A stretch of DNA of 64,000 nt from a virus (taxonomy: Duplodnaviria > Heunggongvirae > Uroviricota > Caudoviricetes), in the IMG/VR virus record IMGVR_UViG_3300012347_000377, positions 1 through 64,000 of that record; one strand, written 5' to 3'. The notes below the pieces were generated by a model. It did no database searches and was not told the DNA's origin. It worked only from the letters and a program-made list of their open reading frames with translations. This document shows positions 55,953-64,000 of this stretch, piece by piece; within the stretch, counting starts at the first letter, position 1; each line of letters starts with the position of its first letter. Made by a program: the position numbers and the translations under genes.

Positions 55953-56852
55953 ATGAATTTAGGTTACGCATGTATCAATATGACATTAGGAGAACAAACT
56001 CCTAAGATTACTACCAATCGTAGTATGGTTAAGAAAACGTTTCATCAGAAAGGTATTTCTTACGCATCCGAATTAGCACTACAAAACTCTCGTGATTTAT
56101 TTGAGATTATCAAATGGAATGTTGCCAACAACATTAAAGTGTTTCGTATCTCTTCAGATATGATGCCGTGGGCATCCGAATATAATGTAGAAGATATGCC
56201 GGATTATACCAAAATATCAAACATCCTCAAAGGTTGTGGAACTTATGCTAGAGAAAATGGTTTACGTCTTACCTCACATCCCGGTCCATTTAATGTATTG
56301 GTGTCACCTAATCCAAAAGTAGTTGAGAACACTATTAAAGATTTGGAATTACATGGTAAAATATTTGATTTATTAGGATTAGATTTAACTCCTTATAATA
56401 AGATTAATATCCATTGTAATGGTGTGTATGGAGATAAAATATCAGCAATGGATAGATTCTGTTCTAACTTTGAGAAACTCTCTGATAGTGTAAAGAAACG
56501 ATTGACAGTTGAGAATGATGATAAATCATCTATGTATTCTGTTTCCGATTTGATGTATATTCACAAAAAGATTGGTATTCCAATTGTATTCGATTATCAT
56601 CATCACCAATTTTGTACGGGTGATTTATCAGAACAACAAGCTTTAGAATTAGCATTAACAACTTGGCCAAAAGGTATTAAACCAATTGTTCATTATTCAG
56701 AATCAAAAGCATTACACGAAGAAAATAGTAAACTTAAACCACAGGCCCATTCAGATTATATCAAACAACTCCCTAACACATATGGTTTGGCCGTAGATAT
56801 TATGGTTGAGGCTAAGGCTAAAGAATTAGCAATTTTACCTTTTATTAAATAA
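55953..56852 (+). CDS. uvdE: UV DNA damage endonuclease (UvdE/UvsE)
   Basis: MNLGYACI start and KRLTVENDDKS...IPIVFDYHHH matching Bacillus UvsE. Confidence 0.8.
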   Translation: MNLGYACINMTLGEQTPKITTNRSMVKKTFHQKGISYASELALQNSRDLFEIIKWNVANNIKVFRISSDMMPWASEYNVEDMPDYTKISNILKGCGTYARENGLRLTSHPGPFNVLVSPNPKVVENTIKDLELHGKIFDLLGLDLTPYNKINIHCNGVYGDKISAMDRFCSNFEKLSDSVKKRLTVENDDKSSMYSVSDLMYIHKKIGIPIVFDYHHHQFCTGDLSEQQALELALTTWPKGIKPIVHYSESKALHEENSKLKPQAHSDYIKQLPNTYGLAVDIMVEAKAKELAILPFIK

Positions 56853-56956
56853 CATGAAACCACAAGGAAAAAGACCCGAACAAATTAAATACTCTGAAGA
56901 TGTATCATTTTATGCATGTATCGGATTGGTAGTTATGTTAATTATTATTTCACTAT

Positions 56957-57187
56957 TTGAATAATAATATGGGAATGATACATGAAGTTAATCAAGTATT
57001 AATAGTTAATACCGAATTTGGTGAAGCACAAGTTTTATTCATAATTGATTATGGTATTCATATGAATTCAATTTGGGTATGTGCATCATTTGAAGATGGA
57101 AAAATACGACACTATGATACTAATCAAATAACCATAGCAAAAAACTGCACTATGGATTTTAATATTAAAAAAGTAAATGGAAAATAA
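56957..57187 (+). CDS. hypothetical protein (76 aa)
   Basis: ORF. Confidence 0.4.
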   Translation: MNNNMGMIHEVNQVLIVNTEFGEAQVLFIIDYGIHMNSIWVCASFEDGKIRHYDTNQITIAKNCTMDFNIKKVNGK

Positions 57188-57410
57188 TAAAATAAATTCA
57201 GGTCATTATTTGGAATTGATGGATAGATTGCATATATTAGCATCTACATTGAATGACCATTGTTTAGAACACCCATTGGCTGAATTCGATGAAGAAATCT
57301 GTAAAGCAATAGAAATTGCTACTGAAGCAACATATGAAGCATATCAAATAGTTGGTCATAAAAGTTACGAATACGATGAAGCGAATAACACACATATCGG
57401 ACACTCATAA
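57177..57410 (+). CDS. hypothetical protein (77 aa)
   Basis: ORF. Confidence 0.4.
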   Translation: MENNKINSGHYLELMDRLHILASTLNDHCLEHPLAEFDEEICKAIEIATEATYEAYQIVGHKSYEYDEANNTHIGHS

Positions 57411-58152
57411 TAAACACAAACAACTTAATGGTAAGTTGCCAGGTGGTGATATTCTCATTCATAGTGGGGATATTTCTTCATTGGGTAGACAGAAAGAAGT
57501 TGAAGGGTTTATCAAATGGTTTAATGAAGTAGATAATTATACTCATAAAATTTTCATTGCAGGTAATCATGATATGTCCTTCGATTCAGAAATATTAATG
57601 CAGGATAAAATTGATTACTTTGATGGTAAACGTTCAGTATGGGAAACCGAAGGTAATACACATTTTCCATCGGTGGGTAAACCACAATGGTTAGATATAT
57701 TATTAAATTCTGATTTGAATTCAAATGTATTTTATTTAGAAAATTCTGATATTACAATTGATGGATTAAAAATATGGGGTTCACCAATCACACCATCATT
57801 TGGATATGGTTGGGCATTTAACGCAGATAGAGGTTATGAAATTAATCAAATTTGGAATACTATACCAGATGATACTGATATTGTTATTACTCACGGTCCG
57901 ATACATGGTTATTGTGATAGAACTGATAGAGGTGGATTGAATGTAGGGTGTGAACAATTATATCACCGATTAAACGAAATAAAACCCCAATTACATTTTT
58001 CAGGTCATATTCATGAGGCATATGGTTATAGACATACCGATTGGGGATATGCATTTAACGGATGTAATTGTGATTTGAGTTATGAGGTAAATAACGAACC
58101 ATTAACGTTTGATTATGATTTTGAAAAAAAAGAAATAATAGATTTTATATAA
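57376..58152 (+). CDS. calcineurin-like metallophosphoesterase (second)
   Basis: HISDTH, GDI, GNHD motifs; start trimmed to MKRITHISDTH. Confidence 0.65.
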   Translation: MKRITHISDTHNKHKQLNGKLPGGDILIHSGDISSLGRQKEVEGFIKWFNEVDNYTHKIFIAGNHDMSFDSEILMQDKIDYFDGKRSVWETEGNTHFPSVGKPQWLDILLNSDLNSNVFYLENSDITIDGLKIWGSPITPSFGYGWAFNADRGYEINQIWNTIPDDTDIVITHGPIHGYCDRTDRGGLNVGCEQLYHRLNEIKPQLHFSGHIHEAYGYRHTDWGYAFNGCNCDLSYEVNNEPLTFDYDFEKKEIIDFI

Positions 58153-58153
58153 T

Positions 58154-58786
58154 ATGAAAGTAGAGTTTAAGGATACATTTTTTGAAAGTGTAGAAAAATT
58201 AGTTTGGTATGATACTAAACTATGGAAGGCGTGGGAATTTATTAGAAGAGGTATTCCAACATTCTTTGGAAATATATGGCGGTTTCGTAAAGAGTTATAT
58301 TCACATCAATGGTGGGATTATCGTTATACATTAGATATGTTACATCGTTCTCTAACTATTATGGTTGAAAAATTGGAAACTAATGGAATGGAAGTGGATT
58401 CAAGTAGAAATAAAAAAACCACTAAAATTCGTAGAGCAATTGAAATACTAAAATCTAAAATTGATGATGATTATGTTGATAGAGCAGAATTGGAATTGGG
58501 TAAAGTTGATTGGCCGGAGATTGAATTTGAAAAAATAGAAAATAGTGATTCATATCGATTGATAGATAATGATACTGATGCTCAGAAAAAACATATACGA
58601 AAAGTATTTGCACTGGCACATAAAATTGAAGAAAGAGAGTGGAAGGAACTTTGGAAAATATTTGAAGGACAAAACATAAACGAATATAAAAAATTATCAA
58701 AATCACTAACACCCGAAGAACATAAAACTAGAGATATATGGAATGAATGGTTTGATGGTTCTGATATGAGAGGTTGGTGGGATTAG
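58154..58786 (+). CDS. hypothetical protein (210 aa)
   Basis: ORF. Confidence 0.5.
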   Translation: MKVEFKDTFFESVEKLVWYDTKLWKAWEFIRRGIPTFFGNIWRFRKELYSHQWWDYRYTLDMLHRSLTIMVEKLETNGMEVDSSRNKKTTKIRRAIEILKSKIDDDYVDRAELELGKVDWPEIEFEKIENSDSYRLIDNDTDAQKKHIRKVFALAHKIEEREWKELWKIFEGQNINEYKKLSKSLTPEEHKTRDIWNEWFDGSDMRGWWD

Positions 58787-58792
58787 TAAATT

Positions 58793-59005
58793 ATGGGAAA
58801 TATAAATAGCATATCTGATATTTGGGTAGTTCATAAAGGCCCGAGAAAAAACTCAAAAATTCAAATTGAAGTATTTAAGAATATGCGGGTCGATGATATA
58901 TTGGATGCAAAAAAGAGAAAACCACCAATACCGCATGAAAATGAGATATTGGAAATAGGAGTTGGAAACTTCGAAGAGAAATACAAAAAGAAATACAATT
59001 TATGA
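58793..59005 (+). CDS. hypothetical protein
   Basis: ORF. Confidence 0.4.
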   Translation: MGNINSISDIWVVHKGPRKNSKIQIEVFKNMRVDDILDAKKRKPPIPHENEILEIGVGNFEEKYKKKYNL

Positions 59006-59286
59006 TTATAAGAAAAAAGATAGGAAAACTAAAAGTAAATATAGTTTTCAGATATCAAGGTGATAAAGTAGGAACGGACGATTCCTATGAAAAAACAAAG
59101 TGGCAAGAAAAGAAATTAGGTGTGTGGTGGAAAACTTACAAAGCAGTTGGAACTAAATACAAAGGTAAACAAATGTTTAAAAGTGATAATCACAGACCAG
59201 GAATTATGTTAGGGTTAAATTTAATATGGGCAAATCTATGGATTGATGTTTCATATGGAGTTTTAACTTTTAGTATGAAAAAATAA
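59002..59286 (+). CDS. hypothetical protein
   Basis: ORF. Confidence 0.4.
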   Translation: MIIRKKIGKLKVNIVFRYQGDKVGTDDSYEKTKWQEKKLGVWWKTYKAVGTKYKGKQMFKSDNHRPGIMLGLNLIWANLWIDVSYGVLTFSMKK

Positions 59287-59293
59287 AGATGTT

Positions 59294-60679
59294 TTGGAAT
59301 TAAGACAAAATCAAATAGACCCCGTTACGATTGGTATTGAATTTTTTAAAATACCTAAAATGGCACCTTCAATTATCGTTGCACCTACTGCATTCGGTAA
59401 ATCAATTGTTATTGCCCATATCGCAAAGGGTATTGAAGAGAAAGTGTTAGTTCTACAACCATCTAAGGAATTATTAGAACAGAATTATAATAAGTTTGTT
59501 TATTTTGGTGGAAAGGCTGCAATCTACTCTGCTTCAATGGGAAGTAAAGAGTTGGGTGATGTGACATATGCAACCATCGGTTCTATCGTATCAATTGGAT
59601 ATAAATTCAGAGAATTGGGTATTACTAAGGTAATCATCGATGAGTGTGATCGATATCCAAGAGATAAAGGTGGAATGTTGAGAAGGTTTTTAGATTCAAT
59701 GAAAGCAACTCACGTTTTGGGATTAACCGCAACTCCACTTAAATTGCAATCCAATATGAGTGAAACTGGTCCTTACTCAAAGTTAGTAATGTTGACCAAT
59801 AAATCAAAACATGGAGTATTCTTCAAACATATTCTTCATGTTGCTCAAATTCAAGATATTGTTAAGTTGGGATTTTGGACACCATTGGTATATCAATCAT
59901 ATGATTTCGATACAGGTGCATTGATGTTTAATTCATCTGGTGCTGAATATACTAATGATTCTATCGCACGTGCATATGAGAATCAAAATTTGGAAACAAA
60001 GATTGTTAAGAAGATATACGAAATGCATGATAGAAAATCTATTCTGATTGCAGTTCCTACAATCGAACAGGCAACACAACTTGCTAGAAAGATTCCATCT
60101 GCTGCAGTAGTTCATGGTGAAACTCCAACTGCAGAACGAAATCGAATTATTGAAGAATTCCGTAATCAACAAATCAGAGTTATTGTTCAGGTCAATGTAT
60201 TGACGGTTGGATTTGATTATCCAGAATTAGATTGTTTGATTACTGCTAGACCAACTGCATCTATCTCATGGTGGTATCAGTTTGTAGGAAGGGGAACTCG
60301 TATTCACAACAACAAAAAGGATTGTTTAGTTGTGGATTTTGTGGGGTCTCTTGAACGCTTTGGTAAGGTTGAGGATTTATACTACAAAGAGGATGAAGAG
60401 GGGACTTGGGAACTCTATGGGGAAAATAAGAAGAAGATTACTGGAATACCGATTCATGAGATTGGATTACATCTTGAAGGTGGGGTAAATCTTGCGGAAC
60501 AAAGAAATGATGAAGGTGAAATTCAAAAGGTTTATATGACCTTTGGTAAATACAAAAATAAACCGGTGGCATCAATACCACCTTATTATAGAAAATGGTT
60601 ATTGGATAATATAACGTGGAATCCGTATAATCAGAAAATTAAAGAAGAAATTCTACGTTTAGAACAAATAAAAAAATAA
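59294..60679 (+). CDS. SF2 helicase (DEAD/DEAH-like)
   Basis: Motif I APTAFGKS, motif II IIDECD, motif III LGLTATP, C-terminal helicase domain. Confidence 0.7.
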   Translation: MELRQNQIDPVTIGIEFFKIPKMAPSIIVAPTAFGKSIVIAHIAKGIEEKVLVLQPSKELLEQNYNKFVYFGGKAAIYSASMGSKELGDVTYATIGSIVSIGYKFRELGITKVIIDECDRYPRDKGGMLRRFLDSMKATHVLGLTATPLKLQSNMSETGPYSKLVMLTNKSKHGVFFKHILHVAQIQDIVKLGFWTPLVYQSYDFDTGALMFNSSGAEYTNDSIARAYENQNLETKIVKKIYEMHDRKSILIAVPTIEQATQLARKIPSAAVVHGETPTAERNRIIEEFRNQQIRVIVQVNVLTVGFDYPELDCLITARPTASISWWYQFVGRGTRIHNNKKDCLVVDFVGSLERFGKVEDLYYKEDEEGTWELYGENKKKITGIPIHEIGLHLEGGVNLAEQRNDEGEIQKVYMTFGKYKNKPVASIPPYYRKWLLDNITWNPYNQKIKEEILRLEQIKK

Positions 60680-60683
60680 AATT

Positions 60684-60884
60684 ATGAACATTCAACAAAT
60701 TGCAGCAAAGTACAAGATTTCGGAAAACTTTTTAAATTCTAGAGATGATGGTTTTAATATTTCAATCGAATCAGTTAATGATATTATATTGGAATTAAAA
60801 AAAGGAATGGAAGCCGAAATGACTATAAAAAAATTAGAAAAAGTTAGAGATTTCATGTTTGATGTTAGAAACTCCACATTTTAA
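60684..60884 (+). CDS. hypothetical protein
   Basis: ORF. Confidence 0.4.
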   Translation: MNIQQIAAKYKISENFLNSRDDGFNISIESVNDIILELKKGMEAEMTIKKLEKVRDFMFDVRNSTF

Positions 60885-60896
60885 TAAGTTATACCG

Positions 60897-61673
60897 ATGA
60901 TAAAAAAAGCAGTATATAGTTACAAACTAATTGATGATTATTGGAAAGGTCAATCTGAAACGTTTTATAAACTTGCTAGATTGTCTTTAAAGTTAGCAAA
61001 AAGACATTACAAAACTATCTTATATTGTGATAGAAGAACTGATAGAAATTTCAAAGAAAACGATTTGTATTTCGATGAAGTTGTTATTCTAAATTCACTA
61101 AGAGATGTAAACGAACATACTTACGGATTAGCAAAAATTTATGCTATGATGGAACAGAATGAACCTTACATTATGTTGGATTTGGATACTCTTATATTCG
61201 AACCAATAATTACACCTCATACAATTACTTATGGGTATAAAGAAGGTGAACCCGAAAATATAGCAGGAACTCATTATATCAACAATTATTATTTGAATTC
61301 ATATGAAGAATTCAAAGATAGAATTGATATTCAATTGAATTGGTTGACGTTTCCAAATAATAGTTTAGTTGCGGTAAACAATCCATTTATTGTTAAAAAA
61401 ATGTATGAAAAGATTTTAAGAATAATGAATGGTGATTGGACTAAATCAAGTGTTCAATTCTACGAACAATTTTTATTATACAATTATCTTGCATATTACA
61501 AAACTGATATTGGATTTTTGTATGAATACTCTCCATTTTCGGAACAATTGGAATCTTATGATATAAACAATGCATTAGCAAAAAAGTTTGTTCATTTAGA
61601 TTTTTATTTCAGACAACCGAAATCTCATATATTAATTGATGAAATCGAAGAACATACGAAAATAATTGTTTAA
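60897..61673 (+). CDS. hypothetical protein (258 aa)
   Basis: ORF. Confidence 0.5.
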   Translation: MIKKAVYSYKLIDDYWKGQSETFYKLARLSLKLAKRHYKTILYCDRRTDRNFKENDLYFDEVVILNSLRDVNEHTYGLAKIYAMMEQNEPYIMLDLDTLIFEPIITPHTITYGYKEGEPENIAGTHYINNYYLNSYEEFKDRIDIQLNWLTFPNNSLVAVNNPFIVKKMYEKILRIMNGDWTKSSVQFYEQFLLYNYLAYYKTDIGFLYEYSPFSEQLESYDINNALAKKFVHLDFYFRQPKSHILIDEIEEHTKIIV

Positions 61674-61677
61674 TATT

Positions 61678-61709
61678 TTTGGAAATATCATAAATAATTT
61701 GTATATTTG
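61678..61709 (+). promoter_or_regulatory. phage promoter
   Basis: tttggaaatatcataaataatttgtatatttg. Confidence 0.5.
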
Positions 61710-61714
61710 ATATA

Positions 61715-61999
61715 ATGAAAAAAATACTATTAATACTAATGTTGTTGGGAGTGATGACATTAGAAGCTAAACCAAAATATCGTATTGAGACTTGGGTAGA
61801 TAATGGGGTAAAATACTATCTCCCACAGAAAAAAGTGTGGTATAGAACGAATTATTTTTATTTACCATTTAAAGTATGGAATTCGGGTGCATACCCATTT
61901 CAACATCAATCACAGGCTGAAGAAATTATTCAAAATTGGAAAATGGATTATCAAGCAAAGATTGATTACAGACGTTCAGAATTTATAATTGTAGAATAA
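61715..61999 (+). CDS. secreted small protein
   Basis: N-terminal signal peptide MKKILLILMLLGVMTLEA. Confidence 0.45.
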   Translation: MKKILLILMLLGVMTLEAKPKYRIETWVDNGVKYYLPQKKVWYRTNYFYLPFKVWNSGAYPFQHQSQAEEIIQNWKMDYQAKIDYRRSEFIIVE

Positions 62000-62002
62000 T
62001 AT

Positions 62003-62368
62003 ATGAAAAAATCATCGTTTATTGCTTTTGGTCTTATATTACTCTTTTTAGGTGTTGTTGCACTTATAACTAAATATGAAATTGATTCAACACCTACAAT
62101 TATAAAATCAGATATTACCAAAGTTGATTCATTACAAAATGTAATTGATAGTTTACAATCTGATATAAAGATATTGGAAGATGGATTTGATATTCGAGAA
62201 ACCCGATATGAAGATGTTATTTTTAGATATGAAATGTCATTGGATTATTTGAAACATAATCATTCTAATGCATATAGAGATTTTATTCGTATTTCTCAAA
62301 TGAAAGAAAAGTATGATAGAAAAACTGAAGCAGAATTTAAAAAAGAAATGCAATTAAATAATTTATGA
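62003..62368 (+). CDS. membrane-anchored coiled-coil protein
   Basis: TM helix then charged helix. Confidence 0.45.
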   Translation: MKKSSFIAFGLILLFLGVVALITKYEIDSTPTIIKSDITKVDSLQNVIDSLQSDIKILEDGFDIRETRYEDVIFRYEMSLDYLKHNHSNAYRDFIRISQMKEKYDRKTEAEFKKEMQLNNL

Positions 62369-62438
62369 AAATTATAAAAGGAATAATATTCGTAATTAAT
62401 TTAGTTATTAATAAAATTAAAAGAAAAAGAAAATCAAT

Positions 62439-63581
62439 TTGGGATTTATGAATACAATAGATAAAAAATATCAGGACTTACTACAAGATATATTAGATAA
62501 CGGGATTGTTAAATCGGATAGAACTGGCACTGGTACAATATCTGTATTTGGAAGACAAATTAGACATAGAATGTCCCAAGGGTTTCCATTGCTAACCACA
62601 AAGAAAATGGCATGGAATGTTATGGTGACAGAGCTCTTATGGTTTCTAAGAGGTGATACTAACATCAAATTCTTATTGGATTATGATTGTCATATTTGGG
62701 ATGGTGATGCTTATAAGAACTACACTAAACAAGTCAATGATATTATTGATGGATATGAATGTGGAGATATAATGGGAATACAACCACATATTGAGGAGAT
62801 GTTCAGTAATTCAGATAAACTTATTCCTTTAACCCAATTCGAGTTTATCAACAAAATCAAAACAGATGATAAGTTTGCTAAACAATGGGGTGAATTAGGA
62901 CCAATCTATGGAAGAATGTGGAGAAAGTTTGATGAGGATAGTTATGGTGGCATTGATCAAATTCAAAACTTAATTGAGGATTTAAAAACAAATCCCGATA
63001 GTAGAAGATTAATGGTTACTGCTTGGCACCCTGGTTATAATGAACATTCGGTTCTCCCACCTTGTCATTATGGATTTCAAGTTTATACGAGAGAGTTGAG
63101 TGAGGATGAACGATTAGAATATTGGACAAAATCATTGGATAAGAGTATTCATTACGCAGATGATTTCAGTCATTCAAAATTAGATACATTAAGAATACCA
63201 AGAAGAACAATCTCCTTAATGTGGAATCAACGTTCAGTAGATACATTCTTAGGTTTACCATTCAATATTGCATCATATGGTTTGTTATTAGAAATCATAG
63301 CAAAGGAAGTGAATATGATACCCGATGAATTGATTGGTAATTTAGGTGATGTTCATTTATATTCAAACCACATTGAACAAGCAAAAGAACAAATTCAAAG
63401 AACTTCATATGATTTACCAAAAATTCAAATTACCGAACGTAATTGGTATCAGCATGAAAAAGTAAAAGAACATTTAGGTGAAAAAACTTTTAGTGAAAAG
63501 ATATTATCATACAGACCGGAATGTTTTGAATTAGTAGATTATCAATCACACCCAAAAATTAAAGCACCATTATCAAACTAA
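62439..63581 (+). CDS. thyA: thymidylate synthase ThyA (with insertion)
   Basis: DRTGTGT, RRLMVTAWHPG, LPPCH active-site Cys, DVHLY. Confidence 0.9.
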   Translation: MGFMNTIDKKYQDLLQDILDNGIVKSDRTGTGTISVFGRQIRHRMSQGFPLLTTKKMAWNVMVTELLWFLRGDTNIKFLLDYDCHIWDGDAYKNYTKQVNDIIDGYECGDIMGIQPHIEEMFSNSDKLIPLTQFEFINKIKTDDKFAKQWGELGPIYGRMWRKFDEDSYGGIDQIQNLIEDLKTNPDSRRLMVTAWHPGYNEHSVLPPCHYGFQVYTRELSEDERLEYWTKSLDKSIHYADDFSHSKLDTLRIPRRTISLMWNQRSVDTFLGLPFNIASYGLLLEIIAKEVNMIPDELIGNLGDVHLYSNHIEQAKEQIQRTSYDLPKIQITERNWYQHEKVKEHLGEKTFSEKILSYRPECFELVDYQSHPKIKAPLSN

Positions 63582-63593
63582 ACTTAAAATAAA

Positions 63594-63755
63594 ATGATAG
63601 AATTATTAATATTTTTCCTGGCTATTTTAATATTTGCATCAATAATTGGCATCTCTATGGTGGCATTTACCATTGCATTTAAATCTCTAATTAAAGTAAA
63701 AGTATTGGAGACTGAATTAATTGAGTTGAAGCAAAAAATTAAAAAAGTAAAATGA
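63594..63755 (+). CDS. small membrane protein (53 aa)
   Basis: Hydrophobic N-terminus then charged tail; below track cutoff. Confidence 0.3.
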   Translation: MIELLIFFLAILIFASIIGISMVAFTIAFKSLIKVKVLETELIELKQKIKKVK

Positions 63756-63947
63756 AACAATGGAAACATCAAAAATATTGATTAAAGTAAAAGATAGGAA
63801 TGGTAATGAATATACTAAATTAGTAGAGTATAGTTCTTTAATTGATGCTAACAACAAACGAAAAATTGTAAAGAAAGAATTGAATAAATTAATTAAATCT
63901 AACAATTTGAAAAAATAAATATGAGTGATTATTTACAAGGAAATAAA

Positions 63948-63979
63948 TTTGGAATTGTAAAATAATTTTCGTATCTTTA
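63948..63979 (+). promoter_or_regulatory. phage promoter at window end
   Basis: tttggaattgtaaaataattttcgtatcttta. Confidence 0.5.
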
Positions 63980-64000
63980 CATTATGAAAAAAGAACTATT

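Noticed and set aside
240-63905. All other minus-strand ORFs in the track (e.g. 240-422, 1631-1906, 11918-12415, 55105-55581)
   Set aside because: Each lies antisense within a longer + strand gene with a recognisable domain or within the uninterrupted + strand operon structure; typical antisense artefacts of A+T-rich DNA
4186-63979. Possibility that the recurring 30-nt promoter motif is a CRISPR-like repeat array
   Set aside because: Copies are separated by irregular 0.1-12 kb intervals containing genes, are degenerate rather than identical, and always precede gene starts; no cas genes

Overview
This window looks like a contiguous, densely packed segment of a large A+T-rich virulent bacteriophage genome. 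Every credible gene is on the + strand, and many are translationally coupled through ATGA/TAAATG overlaps. The host is most likely a Bacteroidota (Flavobacteriia-like) bacterium, inferred from about 23 copies of a phage promoter that matches the Bacteroidota sigma-A consensus (-33 TTTG, about 20 nt, -7 TAnnTTTG) and from several lipoproteins with Bacteroidota-type lipoboxes. No integrase, transposase, rRNA or CRISPR array was seen.

Recognisable content:
- A scattered RNA repair kit: metallophosphoesterase, P-loop polynucleotide-kinase-like protein, Rnl2-like RNA ligase, HAD phosphatase and a 2H phosphoesterase.
- A Prs-like gene next to a NAMPT-like gene, a candidate NAD+ reconstitution module.
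- A flotillin/SPFH protein, Nei/Fpg and UvdE repair enzymes, IscA, a B12-binding radical SAM enzyme, dCMP deaminase, PhoH, a deoxyribonucleotidase, an HD hydrolase, an SF2 helicase and ThyA.
- An RNA-gene region (about 18.7-30.5 kb) with a tmRNA, at least 23 canonical tRNAs that together decode all 20 amino acids, several atypical tRNA-like genes, and a roughly 1.1 kb ORF-free, G+C-richer transcribed region that is a candidate large structured ncRNA.
- A more A+T-rich accessory block (about 46.2-54.4 kb) encoding a flavin-dependent halogenase, P4H-like 2OG-Fe(II) oxygenases, sulfotransferase-like paralogues and Cys/Trp/Tyr-rich proteins, which looks like a peptide or protein tailoring pathway.

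All coordinates and motif calls were made by eye from the sequence and the six-frame ORF track. No searches or RNA-folding computations were run.
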